In this document: piece by piece, positions 34,485 to 47,100 of the stretch
Layout of the letters: each line of letters starts with the position of its first letter
Numbering within the stretch: the stretch's first letter is position 1
Assembly (NCBI GenBank): GCA_017649705.1
Contig: JAGCGH010000081.1
Location: 206-64,205, forward strand
Length of the DNA stretch: 64,000 nucleotides
Direction of reading: 5' to 3'
DNA from: a bacterium
GTDB lineage: Bacteria > Auribacterota > UBA3054
Made by a program: the position numbers and the translations under genes
The notes under the pieces: model-generated
Database searches by the model: none
What the model was told of the DNA's origin: nothing
What the model saw: the letters and a program-made list of their open reading frames with translations, nothing else

Positions 34485-36470
34485 TTACGTGTCTCCTCCT
34501 AAGGTTATGGTGGCGTCTTTGTTGATAACGGCGGTGATGTCAGTGATGAGCCAGCCGTTCTTGAAACAGGCCTTGCTGGTTTGGTCTGGTGACCAGTAGC
34601 GTTTTATGACCGCGGGGCCGCGCAGGCACAGGCGGCCCCTGAGGCCTTTTTTAAGGGGTTTCCCGTCGGGGCCTATCACTTTTACCTCGATGTTGCCAAG
34701 AGGGGCTCCCGAGGCTCCGAAGGCCCTTCTCAAGGGTGTGGAGAGCAGGGCAATGCCCGCGGCCTCGGCCATTGAGAAACCGGTCATCACTTCCATGCCG
34801 TACATGGGGCCGGAATAATAGAAGCGCTTGTCCTTAACCTCGTTCAGGACGTAGACGCGGCGCAGCTTGAAGCCAAGGCGCTCCTTGAGGGAGCGCATAA
34901 GGAAGACGTGCGGCAGGCAAAGGAATTTGAGGATGCCGGCAAGTTTGCGGCGGAAGCGGAAATCTTTTTCCCCGGAGATCTTGTTCAGGAAAAGGGTGGA
35001 GAGATCCATGGCGTTCTTCTCGTCGGTCAGGAAGACCGTCACGCCGTCTTTTTCCAGGGCGGAGAACCATTCCTCCAGGGTGTCCTTTTCCGTGTTGACC
35101 ACGCAGGAAGCGGTGGCCAGCGGGAGGAAGACCGTGAAGGAGAGGGATTCCACGGAGTTGGGCGCGTAGGTGGTCATAAGGACGTCCTGGGCGTTCAGTT
35201 CCATCGCCTGGGCCGCCGAGAAGACCTGGGAAAGGATGGCGCCGTGGCTCAGCAATATTTCCTTGCCGCCTTCGGTCAGGAGAAGGGCGGGATCTTCCCT
35301 GGTGATGGCCTTGAGAGGCGGAGACGTGGGCTGGGCCAGGAGGCACTCGGGAAGAATGTTTTTCTCCAGGTCGCCGCTCAGCCAGAGGACTTGTTTCAAG
35401 GGCGTGCTCAGAAGAAGCATCTCGCCGCCCAGGGCCTGGAAAGATTCCGAGAGGATCAGGAAAGAGACGTTGTGCTTCCTCATGAGATCGGCCAGTTCCT
35501 CAGGGCTCTTGGAGGCGTCCAGGGGCAGCGCCACGCCGCCGGCGCCCAATATCCCGAGAAGAGCCGTATGCCGCCAGCGGCCGTTGGCGACCAGCATGGC
35601 GGCCCTGTCCCGGGAGCGCAGTCCGTTCGCCAAAAGGAAATGGGAGATGCGGTTGGCGTTGGCGTGGAGCGTATGGAAGCTGAGCTCGCTGTTTGCCCTC
35701 TGCCCCACGTCCCTGACCGCGGGCAGCGTGGAGAAAAAGGTGGCGGAGCGGTTCATAAGGTCCCCAAGGCTGTGGATGTCGCCGGGAACGGGCGCGGGAT
35801 CCCTGGGGCGGCGCTTCCTGATGTTGCGGGAATGCCAGGCGAAAAGGAAGAAGAGCAAAAAGCAGACCGCCACGTAAAGCGTCTCTTTCCAGGGCCAGCG
35901 CTCGGGATAGTCGCACTGGGCGAAGATCACCAAGGGCTTCCCGCCGGAGAGATCGCTGAGCTTTCTTTCTTCCCTCAGCCGGCGGCCGCTGAAGGACGAG
36001 CTGGTCCTCCTGACGTCGCCCGGGAAAGTGTGGCTCAAAACAACGCTTCCGTCGCAGGGAAGATTCGCGGCGACGTTGGAAAGATCCATGCGGTGGCAGA
36101 CCGTAAGCCCGGACTTTTCGTGCTTGAAAGTGATGGTCCGCTGCTTGAAGAAAGGCAGAGCGGAAAGGTCCTCCAGGCTGCCACGCAGTTTGATGTCAAG
36201 GCACAAATGGGCGTTGCTTATTATTTGGGCACAGCGCAAAATCTCCACTTCGGAGAAGCAGGGATCGTTGGTGTTCCAAAAAGGCTCCAGGAGAAAACGC
36301 TCCTTCTCCAGGGTAAGGCCCGGCTCCTTGGCCAAAAACTCCTTGCTGAGGGCGCAGACGATGTGCACCGTGGCGGAGCCGTCCCTTCCGTAGACCCAGC
36401 TTTCGCGGTAATCGAAGCAAGCGGTCAGCATTAAAGCCGCGAACAGGGCTGTAAGGAGCGTTCTTGTCAT
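34485..36470 (-). CDS. Membrane-anchored protein: lipoprotein-like periplasmic N-domain, one TM helix, and an AMP-binding (acyl-CoA synthetase-like) domain with degenerate motifs
   Basis: N-terminus LTACFDY… is Cys-rich. TM helix LYVAVCFLLFFLFAW. Later there are LLTEGGKEILLSHGAIL and …NGWLITDITAVINKDATITLGGDT, in place of the canonical TSGTTGxPKG and WxxTGD motifs. Confidence 0.45.
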   Translation of the reverse strand: MTRTLLTALFAALMLTACFDYRESWVYGRDGSATVHIVCALSKEFLAKEPGLTLEKERFLLEPFWNTNDPCFSEVEILRCAQIISNAHLCLDIKLRGSLEDLSALPFFKQRTITFKHEKSGLTVCHRMDLSNVAANLPCDGSVVLSHTFPGDVRRTSSSFSGRRLREERKLSDLSGGKPLVIFAQCDYPERWPWKETLYVAVCFLLFFLFAWHSRNIRKRRPRDPAPVPGDIHSLGDLMNRSATFFSTLPAVRDVGQRANSELSFHTLHANANRISHFLLANGLRSRDRAAMLVANGRWRHTALLGILGAGGVALPLDASKSPEELADLMRKHNVSFLILSESFQALGGEMLLLSTPLKQVLWLSGDLEKNILPECLLAQPTSPPLKAITREDPALLLTEGGKEILLSHGAILSQVFSAAQAMELNAQDVLMTTYAPNSVESLSFTVFLPLATASCVVNTEKDTLEEWFSALEKDGVTVFLTDEKNAMDLSTLFLNKISGEKDFRFRRKLAGILKFLCLPHVFLMRSLKERLGFKLRRVYVLNEVKDKRFYYSGPMYGMEVMTGFSMAEAAGIALLSTPLRRAFGASGAPLGNIEVKVIGPDGKPLKKGLRGRLCLRGPAVIKRYWSPDQTSKACFKNGWLITDITAVINKDATITLGGDT

Positions 36471-36476
36471 AAAAGG

Positions 36477-37280
36477 CTAATTCTCTAAAAGCGCCCCAAG
36501 CCACTCCCGCGCCTTCTCCTCGTCAAGAGGCAGCGAGAAGTTGCCCATAAGGGGCGTCACGGAAATGAAGTTCTGCTTAAGGGAAAGGTAATCGGAGGAG
36601 GGATCGTCGTCGTCCGGCAGAAGGACGCCGTTGATCCAGAAATAATCATTGCCGGAGGGATCCACGCGGTGGATGTAGCGCTCGTGGAACTTCGTTTTCC
36701 CAAGCTTCGTGAGACGCCAGCCCTTTATATCCTCCCAGGGCGCGTTGGGAACGTTGATGTTCAAAACTATCCCTTCCGGAGCCTTGGAAAAGTCAAGCTT
36801 TTCCACCAGCTCCCTGGCCGCCCTGGCCCCGGTCTCGAAATTAAAGCTGCCGTCCTCGGAATCGTCCATGGAAACAGCTATTCCCGGAGTCCCCAGCATG
36901 CTGGCCTCGCAGGCGGCCGCCACGGTCCCCGAGTAAACGATGTCCGTGGAGAGATTGGATCCGGGGTTGAGGCCGATTATGACAACGTCCGGCTGGTCGC
37001 AGAAGGAAAGAAGCGCCACCTTCATGCAGTCGGCCGGCGTGCCGGAGGCCGCGTAAGCTTTCATGCCTTCCAGGATCTCGCGTTTCTTAAGAATGATCGG
37101 CTCCCTTAGCGTGATGGCGCGGCTGATGGCGCTGCGCTCCCGTTCCGGAGCCAAAATGGTCACTTCCGAAATGGACGACAGCTCTTTTGCCAGGGCCAGA
37201 AGACCCGGGGCGATGATGCCGTCGTCGTTGGATAAGATTATTTTCATATTTTCCATTATAGCAAATCCAAAGCAGGCCAT
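36477..37280 (-). CDS. surE: 5'/3'-nucleotidase SurE
   Basis: MKIILSNDDGIIAPGLLALAKEL…; the start is probably the internal MENMKIIL. Confidence 0.8.
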   Translation of the reverse strand: MACFGFAIMENMKIILSNDDGIIAPGLLALAKELSSISEVTILAPERERSAISRAITLREPIILKKREILEGMKAYAASGTPADCMKVALLSFCDQPDVVIIGLNPGSNLSTDIVYSGTVAAACEASMLGTPGIAVSMDDSEDGSFNFETGARAARELVEKLDFSKAPEGIVLNINVPNAPWEDIKGWRLTKLGKTKFHERYIHRVDPSGNDYFWINGVLLPDDDDPSSDYLSLKQNFISVTPLMGNFSLPLDEEKAREWLGALLEN

Positions 37281-37283
37281 GGT

Positions 37284-37781
37284 TTAAAAGTTCCGCCGGA
37301 AACCTCCCCTGCGTTTCCTGAAGCGCCTGAGATGGACCGTCCCCCGCCCGGAAGCGTCCAATATCACCAACGAGAAAACATATCCCACCCTGCGGCCTGA
37401 AAGTCCCTTTTCCCGCAGGAAAACCAGCGAGGCCTCCCTTATCCTTTTCTGCTGCGGGAAGCCCAGGGCCCTGAGGGGGTGAAAATTACCGGCGCTTCTG
37501 GTCTTGACCTCCACGAAAAGGATGACGCGCCCCTTTTCGGCCACAAGGTCTATCTCATTCCTCGAAGAGCGATAATTGCGGGCTATTATCCGAAAGCCCC
37601 TCTTTTCCAGCTCCCTTTTCGTCAGATCTTCCCCCAGCCGCCCTCTTCGCTGCGCCTCGGTCCTTCTTGGGATCAAGGCCCTCAACGTAGAACGTGCGGC
37701 GGTGGACAGGAGAGCGGCCGTATTTTTGCAAAGCCTGAAGATGGAAGGCAGTCCCATATCCTTTGTGTTTTGCGAAACCAT
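37284..37781 (-). CDS. yraN: YraN-family (UPF0102) endonuclease; true start probably downstream of the track start
   Basis: …RRGRLGEDLTKRELEKRGFRIIARNYRSSRNEIDLVAEKGRVILFVEVKTRS…. The N-terminal ~75 aa of the track ORF overlaps rnhB by 226 bp in another frame. Confidence 0.6.
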   Translation of the reverse strand: MVSQNTKDMGLPSIFRLCKNTAALLSTAARSTLRALIPRRTEAQRRGRLGEDLTKRELEKRGFRIIARNYRSSRNEIDLVAEKGRVILFVEVKTRSAGNFHPLRALGFPQQKRIREASLVFLREKGLSGRRVGYVFSLVILDASGRGTVHLRRFRKRRGGFRRNF

Positions 37782-38334
37782 ACTCCGGATACTCCTTGTC
37801 GAGCTCCAGCATGATATGGTCCCTGGTTACCTTCGCGGCGATGGAAGCCGCCGCGATGCATAAGCAAAGACTGTCCCCCTTTATAATTTTTTGCTGCGGA
37901 ATTTCAAGGCCCGGTATCGCCGTCCCGTCCACCAGGACGAAGCCTGGCTTTTCGCTTAAACCCTCCACGGCGCTTTTCATGGCCCTGTGGGTGGCTTTCA
38001 GAATGTTCGTCTCGTCTATTTCGTCCGCTTCCGCCTTGGCCACAGAGACCGCAATGGGGCTTTGAGGGTTCATGAGATGAGAAAAAACCTCCTCCCTCTG
38101 GCGCTCCGTCAGCTGCTTGGAATCGTAGATCTCCATGAGCCAGGGAAGATCCTCCTCTTTGAAAGGCGCGCCGCTCCGCGCCGCGGCGGCGCAGACCACC
38201 GGCCCCGCCAGGGGTCCGCGGCCGGCCTCGTCCACGCCGGCCACCAGAGGATGATCCTTCAGAAGTTCGTTTTCCCTAAGAAGCAGTTTTTGAAAACGCT
38301 CGGCGCGCTTTTCTTCATTTGCGGTTCTCTTCAT
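37555..38334 (-). CDS. rnhB: Ribonuclease HII
   Basis: GVDEAGRGPLAGPVVCAA…; the C-terminal ~45 aa after …SPVHRRTF is atypical and overlaps yraN. Confidence 0.75.
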   Translation of the reverse strand: MKRTANEEKRAERFQKLLLRENELLKDHPLVAGVDEAGRGPLAGPVVCAAAARSGAPFKEEDLPWLMEIYDSKQLTERQREEVFSHLMNPQSPIAVSVAKAEADEIDETNILKATHRAMKSAVEGLSEKPGFVLVDGTAIPGLEIPQQKIIKGDSLCLCIAAASIAAKVTRDHIMLELDKEYPEYGFAKHKGYGTAFHLQALQKYGRSPVHRRTFYVEGLDPKKDRGAAKRAAGGRSDEKGAGKEGLSDNSPQLSLFEE

Positions 38335-39247
38335 ACCATTTCACCCACTGCTCATAGGTGGTGAGGTCCTGCCCCGTCTGGGTCTGCAGTATGGAGACCG
38401 CCATCTGCCTTACTTCGTTGAATTCGGAGAGGAGCCCCTGCTCGATGATGGGCTGCAGGGCGTTGTGGCTGCCTCCGTCGTGGAGCTGTTCCAAAAGCGA
38501 AAGGGCGGTCTCCTGGGTGTCGGCGTCGCCGTTCTTCAGGGCGTAATCCAAGGAGGGCATCATGCAGTCGTCCACCAGCATGGTGAGCATGTCCAGGGCG
38601 TTCTCCCGGACGCTTTCCTCGGGATCGTTGAGAGCCTGCATTATGATGTCGTTGAGCCCGGGCTCGGGAGTCAGGATGGCGACGCACTCCAAGGCTTCCT
38701 CCCTGAGATCCGGATCGGAGTCCCTCAGGGCTTTCTCCACGCCCTCTATGATGGCGGGGTCGTCGATGGCTTTCATGGCCTCCACCGCCAGGGTCCTGAT
38801 GTCGGGATCCTTGTCATCCAGGGCCGCCAGGATGGCCGGCATGACCATCTTGTCCCCTATCACGGCGATGTCGTACATCAGCTTCATCTTCTTTTCCTTG
38901 TCGGCGCCGCCGCGGAAAGCCGTCAGGGTGTCCTCCACCAGCCCCTTGGTGTCGAAGCCGGGGATGGGGTCGCCTTCCGGCACGAACATGACCGCCCGCT
39001 CGTGCTTCAGCTCGCGCATGGAGATGGTCTCCTCAGCCGCCGCGTTGGTCTGGGCGGTCTCCTGGACAACGTTGATCTGCGGTCGCCGCCTGGTCCGGGG
39101 CTTCCTTTCCGTCACCTCCCGCCTGGCGGGACGCGGCTGGTAAGGCACGGGCTTCTCCCTGTTCTTGAATCCCAGGGCCAGGGCCCACAATACGATGGCA
39201 ATTACCACCAGGGTGCCGAAGATCTTTATTCCGTCGCGAAATGACAT
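38315..39247 (-). CDS. Membrane-anchored HEAT/PBS-lyase-like repeat protein
   Basis: N-terminal TM helix, then repeated A-I-x-AL-x-D-x-D-x-x-VR-x-x-A units (…ILAALDDKDPDIRTLAVEAM…ALRDSDPDLREEALE…). Confidence 0.45.
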   Translation of the reverse strand: MSFRDGIKIFGTLVVIAIVLWALALGFKNREKPVPYQPRPARREVTERKPRTRRRPQINVVQETAQTNAAAEETISMRELKHERAVMFVPEGDPIPGFDTKGLVEDTLTAFRGGADKEKKMKLMYDIAVIGDKMVMPAILAALDDKDPDIRTLAVEAMKAIDDPAIIEGVEKALRDSDPDLREEALECVAILTPEPGLNDIIMQALNDPEESVRENALDMLTMLVDDCMMPSLDYALKNGDADTQETALSLLEQLHDGGSHNALQPIIEQGLLSEFNEVRQMAVSILQTQTGQDLTTYEQWVKWYEENRK

Positions 39248-39258
39248 TTTTTACTCCT

Positions 39259-39972
39259 TTATTTTCTTTCCGGCCCTTTGCCGTCCGGCTTGATGCCGGC
39301 CAGCTCGTCGCCCTGGAGAGTTATATCGTCCATGATGGACTGCAGTTTCTCGCAGTAAGGCGCGAGGTCCTTGGCGTCCTTGGGGACCACAAAGGGCGTC
39401 CCGAAGACGATGTGGATGGTGGCGAAGGGAAATATGACCATGCAGCGGTCCCAGGAATTGGCCCGGAAGGAAAACTTCGCCGAAACACCCAGGGGAATGA
39501 TGGGCGCCCCGGTCAGCCGGGACAGGAAGACCAAGCCGGGCTCGATCCTGTGCCTGGGCCCGCGGGAACCGTCCAGGGCCACGGCGGTGTCGCGGCCGCT
39601 TTTGGTGATGTTGGCGAGATTCTTCAAAGCCGCCACGCCGCCCTTGTGGGCCGAACCGCGCACGCACTCCACGTTGAGAAGCTTGAAATAGCTGGCCAGG
39701 ATGTCCCCGTCCTTGCTCTGGGAGACCATCATGGAAAGCTTGTCGTAGCCGAAAATAAAACGGTAGATGGCCGGGAGCAGCATGCCCCTTCCGTGCCAGG
39801 AGCCGAAGATGATGTTCTCCCCCTTGTTCTCCCTTTCCACGTAAAGCTTGTAGTTTTCCTCGTTGTGATATTTGATGCGGCAGGTCTTCAGGTCCATAAG
39901 CGTGAGAAAATAGGCCAGCCTGGGGATGACCTTGAAACGCATGAAGGGTTTTTTGAAGAAATTATCTGCCAT
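39259..39972 (-). CDS. Lysophospholipid acyltransferase-like (DUF374-type) protein
   Basis: 237 aa; …IIFGSWHGRGMLLP…SQSKDGDILAS… resembles the DUF374/LPLAT family. Confidence 0.45.
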   Translation of the reverse strand: MADNFFKKPFMRFKVIPRLAYFLTLMDLKTCRIKYHNEENYKLYVERENKGENIIFGSWHGRGMLLPAIYRFIFGYDKLSMMVSQSKDGDILASYFKLLNVECVRGSAHKGGVAALKNLANITKSGRDTAVALDGSRGPRHRIEPGLVFLSRLTGAPIIPLGVSAKFSFRANSWDRCMVIFPFATIHIVFGTPFVVPKDAKDLAPYCEKLQSIMDDITLQGDELAGIKPDGKGPERK

Positions 39973-39998
39973 AACGGGAAAACTTTCAATTGAAGAAA

Positions 39999-40754
39999 TT
40001 ATAACATAAAGAGTTTTTTGGTATTCTCCGTCACGGCGGCGTCCAGCTCCTCGTAAGAGAGGCCGCGGAGCCTGGCGTGGGCTTTGGCGATCTCCACGAC
40101 GAAGCTCGGCTCGTTGCGCCGTCCCCTGTAGGGTTCCGGCGCCATGTAGGGGCAGTCCGTCTCGACTAGGAGCCTATCCAGAGGGACGACCATGGAGGCG
40201 CTTCTCTGAAGCTGGCCGTTCTTGAAGGTTATGGGCCCGCAGAAAGAGATGTGGAAGCCCATTTCCAAAAAGCGCTCCGCCGCGGCCGCGTCATAGGAAA
40301 AGCAGTGTATCTGGCCCCGGAGGCCGGGAAAATCCTTCAGTATGGCAAGCGTGTCCTCCATGGCGTCCCGGGAGTGGACGACTATGGGAAGGTCGAATTC
40401 CTTCGCCAATGAAAGCTGAGCGGAAAAGACTTCGAACTGAAGCTCCTTGGGATAAACGTTGTTGTGGTAGTCGAGGCCGATCTCCCCCACCGCCGCCGGG
40501 GAATGCTCCTTTATCTGGGCTTTCAGGATCTCCTCCTCTTCCTTGGAGTAATCCCCGGCGTTCAGGGGATGGAAGCCAACAACTGCCGTCAGGCGGTCGT
40601 TTTTCTCCGCCATGGCAAGCGTCTCAACGTTGCGAGCCTTCTCCCCGCCGATGACGACGATCCTTTCCAGCCCGGCGCTCCAGGCGCGCTCCATTACTTC
40701 CTCCCGGTCGCCGTCGTAAACGTCAAACTGTATGTGGGCGTGACTGTCTATCAT
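39999..40754 (-). CDS. tatD: TatD-family metal-dependent hydrolase/DNase
   Basis: MIDSHAHIQFD… with conserved His/Asp/Glu positions (…GEIGLDYH…, …VVHSRDA…, …ETDCPYM…). Confidence 0.8.
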   Translation of the reverse strand: MIDSHAHIQFDVYDGDREEVMERAWSAGLERIVVIGGEKARNVETLAMAEKNDRLTAVVGFHPLNAGDYSKEEEEILKAQIKEHSPAAVGEIGLDYHNNVYPKELQFEVFSAQLSLAKEFDLPIVVHSRDAMEDTLAILKDFPGLRGQIHCFSYDAAAAERFLEMGFHISFCGPITFKNGQLQRSASMVVPLDRLLVETDCPYMAPEPYRGRRNEPSFVVEIAKAHARLRGLSYEELDAAVTENTKKLFML

Positions 40755-41904
40755 TCAGATCTCCTCCAGGCTCTTCTGTCTGCTGGCGAAGAACTCTCCG
40801 CCTTTCTCTCCTATGTGCATGCAGTCTTCCAATCGCATGCCCAAAACTCCGGGAATATAGATGCCGGGCTCGTTGGAGAAAGTCATGTTCTTTTTCAAAA
40901 CGACGTTTTTCCCCCGGCAGAGGTAAGGCCATTCATGCCCGTCCAGGCCGATGCCGTGGCCCAGGCGGTGGGTGAAGTTCTCGTAGTCGTAGCCGTAGCC
41001 GCCTTTGCCTATGACTTTCCTGGCGGCCAGGTCCGGGGCGCCCAGTTCGTTCCCCGCTTTGGCGGCCTCCCTGGCGGCGTCCTGGGCCTCCCTCAGGATC
41101 TTGAAGATCTCCTTCTGCTTGCGGTTCGGGGTGCCGAAGACCACGCTGCGGGTGATGTCGCTGATGTAGCCGTAGAGATCGCAGCCGGCGTCGCACAGCA
41201 TAATGTCACCTTTTTTCAGCTTCTGGGGCAGCTTGGTGCCGTGAGGGAAAGAGGCCGCTTCGCCGAAAAGCACGAAGCCCGATCCCCTGACGCCTCTTTC
41301 TTGGCAGGCTTCCTTCACCGCCTCGGACATTTCCAGATTGGTCATGCCCTCCCGGGCCGTCTCGAAGGCGGCTTTCACCGCTTCGCCTATGATGCGGTTG
41401 GAGCCCTCCAGGAGCTCCAACTCCTTTTTGCTCTTGATGGAACGCAGCACCCTTGTGACGCAGCTGGCGTCCACGGCCCCCTGGCGGCAGCGCGCATTGA
41501 AGGCGCTGAAATACCAGAGCGGCATGGTGTCCTCGATGCCCACGGGGCCTTTGAGGCCCGAAAGCCTATGAGAGATCAGCTTCACCGGATCCTCGTCCTC
41601 CTGCCAGGTAACGATATCGGCGTCGCTCCCCCACTGCTCCCGCATGCGGCCCTCCTCGAAAGCCGGGCAGACGTGAAAGACCTCCCCGTCGGCCGCGATC
41701 ACCGTGGCGTACAGCCGGTCGCTGTAGCCGCCCCTCGCGCCGGTGAAATAGGCCTGGTTGGAAGGCCCGGCGGCCACGAAGCCCGAAAAGCCCATTTCCC
41801 TGATCATTCTCGCGGCCTTCGCCTGCCTTCTTTTATATTCCGCCCGGCCCACCGGGGTGAAATCTTCTTTTTTGGTCATTTCTCTTTTCCTTAAGCTGCG
41901 AATT

Positions 41905-41918
<14 letters not shown>
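40755..41918 (-). CDS. M24-family Xaa-Pro aminopeptidase/dipeptidase
   Basis: Pita-bread fold motifs: …[15 protein letters not shown]…, [16 protein letters not shown], …SNEPGIY…. Confidence 0.75.
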
Positions 41919-43918
<2,000 letters not shown>

Positions 43919-43926
<8 letters not shown>

Positions 43927-44134
43927 CCTGCTCCCCTTCCTCTTCCTTCATGGCGATGTCGGCTTTCTCCTCTTCGCTCAGCGCCCTGGACGTGACGTAT
44001 TCCTCCCTGAGCCAGCTGCCAAGGTCCATGAGGCGGCAACGATCGGAACAGAAGGGGAAGAAATCCGTCTTCGGGTCGGCGCTTCTTAAGTATTCCTTTT
44101 TGCAGAGCGCGCATTTGTATTTCTTTTCAGGCAT
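43919..44134 (-). CDS. yacG: DNA gyrase inhibitor YacG-like zinc-finger protein
   Basis: [14 protein letters not shown]…[18 protein letters not shown] matches the YacG C4 zinc ribbon (…FCS.RC.LIDLG.W). The ATG at 44134 avoids overlap with dnaE. Confidence 0.6.
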
Positions 44135-44141
44135 GGTCTTC

Positions 44142-47100
44142 CTATTGCTCCAACTCGTTTCCGTCGGGATCAAAACGCTTCAAGGCCGAAGCCCAGACGG
44201 TAGGTGAAAGGTCGGCCCGGCCTTCCTTGACCGCGCCCTTCAGGAACCAGACTTCCCCGGCTTTGATCCTGCGGGAATATTTTTCCGAGGCCTCGTCCCA
44301 GAGCATGACTTCGAAATCGCCCTGGAAGTCCTCCATTTTCAAAATAGTGAAAGCTCCGCCCTTTTTGTTGGCCCGGCGCTTCAGGCTGGTTACCAGGCCG
44401 CCCATGACCACTATGCGGCCCGGCGTCTCGGCGCTTATGGCCGCGAGATCCCCCGAGGCGGCGGTCACCTTCTTTTCCCAGAAAGAGCGCCAGGCTTCCA
44501 GAGGATGCTCGGAAAGATAGATCCCCATGACCTCCTGCTCGTAGCGGATCTTCACTTCCCTGGGCCACTCCTCAGTCTTCGCCTCCTTTTTCAAAGGCGA
44601 GAAGAAGGAACGCTGCAGGGAGCTTTCCGAACGCGGTCCGGCGCTCTCCAAAATATCCGCCGCCAGAAGGGACAACTCCGCCCGGGACTGCCCGGTGAAA
44701 TCAAAGCAGCCGGCCCGGATGAGGTTCTCCACGGCCTGGGGCTGCAGGAGCCTTCTGTCCATCCTCAAGAGAAAATTCTCCAGGTCAGAATAGGGACCGT
44801 CTTTCTCCCTTTCCGCCGCCGCGGCCTCCGCGAGCTTCTCGCCCACGTTCTTGATGCCTGTCAGGCCGAAATCGATCTCCCATCCGCCGGCGGGATTTTT
44901 CCTGGCCCTGTGGCAAACGGAAATGTTGTTTATGTCGGGAGGATTGATCTTTACCCCAAAGCGCTTCATTTCCTTCACGAGGGCCATGATGAAAGCGTGG
45001 TCCCCCAGATGGGCGTTCAGAAGCGAGGCCATGAAGACCGCCGGATAGCGGGACTTGATGTAGGCCATGCGGTAGGCTATGAGCGCGTAGGCGGCGGCGT
45101 GGGATTTGTTGAAGCCGTAGCCAGCGAAACTGGCGATGTCGCCGTAGAGTTTCTCCGCCGTTTCCAAAGGAATCTTTTTCTCCCTGGCGCAGGCCATAAA
45201 TTTCTCCCGCTCCTTCTCCATCAGGGCGGTCTTCTTCTTGGACATGATCTGACGGAAAATGTCCGCGTTGCTCATGGAGTATCCCAGGATGTTGTGCAAG
45301 GCCTGCATGACCTGCTCCTGGTAGAGCATGATGCCGTAAGTCTCCCTTAAGACCCTGGCCAGCTTGGGATGAACGTAAGTTACTTCCTCCTCGCCGTTGT
45401 GCCTGGCGACAAAGGAATCGATGTACTGCATGGGTCCGGGCCTGTAGAGGGCCAGCACCGCGATCACGTCCCTGAAATCCCTGGGCTTCAGGCGGCGCAG
45501 CACCCGCTTCATGCCTTCGCTCTCCAATTGGAAAACGCCCATGGTGTCGCCGCTCGCGATAAGGCCAAGCGCCTCCGGATCGTTAAGGGGCGCCTCCTCC
45601 AGACATATCGGTTCCCCCGCCTCAAAGGCCATGCGAAGCATGTCGTCTATGATAGTCAGGGTCCTGAGTCCCAAAACGTCCATTTTCAGAAGGCCCATGC
45701 GCTCCACGGCGAACATGTCGCACTGCGTCCTGGAATCCTCGGGAGTACCGAAGAGCGGAATGCGCTCGCACAAGGCGGACGGGGAAATGACCACCGCCGC
45801 GGCGTGCAAGGAAATGTTGCGGGGCAGGTCCTCGACTTTGGAGGCCGCGTACAAAAGGGCCCTCACCCTCTGGTCGAGCTTCGAGGCCAGGTACCGCTTC
45901 ATGGCGGGGAAATCGCTGACGGCCGCCTTTATTATGCCGTACTTGAAATTGCTTTCCTTAACGAAACGCTCCAGGATGGCCCAGATCTTCTCCACCTCTT
46001 CCTGGGGCGTTTTCAAGACCCTGGCGCAGTCCTGCAGGGCGGCCTTGGCCCGCAGGGTGCTGAAAGTGGCCACCTGGGCCACGCGCTCCCTGCCGTAGCG
46101 CTCCCTGATGTAATCAATGACCTCCCCGCGCCGGCGCTCGCAGAAGTCGATGTCGATGTCCGGCATCTTGCGGCGGCTGGGGTTGAGGAAGCGCTCGAAG
46201 TAAAGGTCGTATTCCAGAGGATCGATCTCCGTGATGCCCAGGGAATAGGAGACCAGAGATCCGACGGCGGAGCCTCGCCCGGGGCCCACGGGTATTTTGG
46301 ATCTTCTGGCGAAATCCACGTAATCCGACACGATGAGGAAATAATCCGCAAAACCCAGTTTCCTGATGACGTCCAGCTCATAGTCGAAACGCCCCAGGAT
46401 CTTCATGCTCTCCTCGCAGTTCTTGTCTTTGCTTAAAACTGGGTAGCGCTTCAAAAGCCCCTCCCGGGCTTTTTTCCTAAGATAATCCTCGGAATCCTCC
46501 CCTATCTCCAGCGGGAACTTCGGAAGCTCCGTCCTTCTCTCGGGATTCAGTTCGACTATGCAGCGGGAGGCGATCTCGGCCGTGTTGTCGCAGGCCTCGG
46601 GGATGTTGCGGCAGATGGCGCGCATCTCCTCCTCGCTGCGGAAATAAAACTGGTTGCATTCCGGCGTGAGCTCTCCGGGATCGTCCACGGTCCTGCCGGA
46701 CTCTATGGCTTTCAACAGCTCGAGTATCCCGGCGTCCTCCTTTCTCAAATACAAACATCCGTTGGCGGCCGCCATGGGAATCTTTAGGGAGCGGGCCAGA
46801 TCGATCTGCCTTTTCATGACCTCCCGCTCGGATTCCAGGCCGTGCCACTGGATCTCCAGGAAAACGTTCTCCTTTCCGAAAAACTCCTGGTATCTTGCCA
46901 AACACTCCGCCGCCTCGACCTTGGCGTCCTTCTGAAGCAGCCTGAAGACTTCGCCGCTGGATCCGCCGGTCAAAAAGATGAGGCCGTCCCCGGAATCCTT
47001 CAGCCACTCGTTCCTTAAAAAGGGCGCCCTCCCCTCCCCGGCTTCGGCCCAGGCCATGGTCAAAAGCCGGCAGAGTTTTCTGTAGCCTTCGTTGGAGCGG

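Noticed and set aside
44170-44568. 132-aa minus-strand ORF inside dnaE (and many 60-200-aa Arg/Pro/Gly-rich ORFs throughout)
   Set aside because: These are alternative-frame ORFs within long, well-supported genes. Their R/P/G-rich low-complexity translations are typical of out-of-frame GC-rich sequence.
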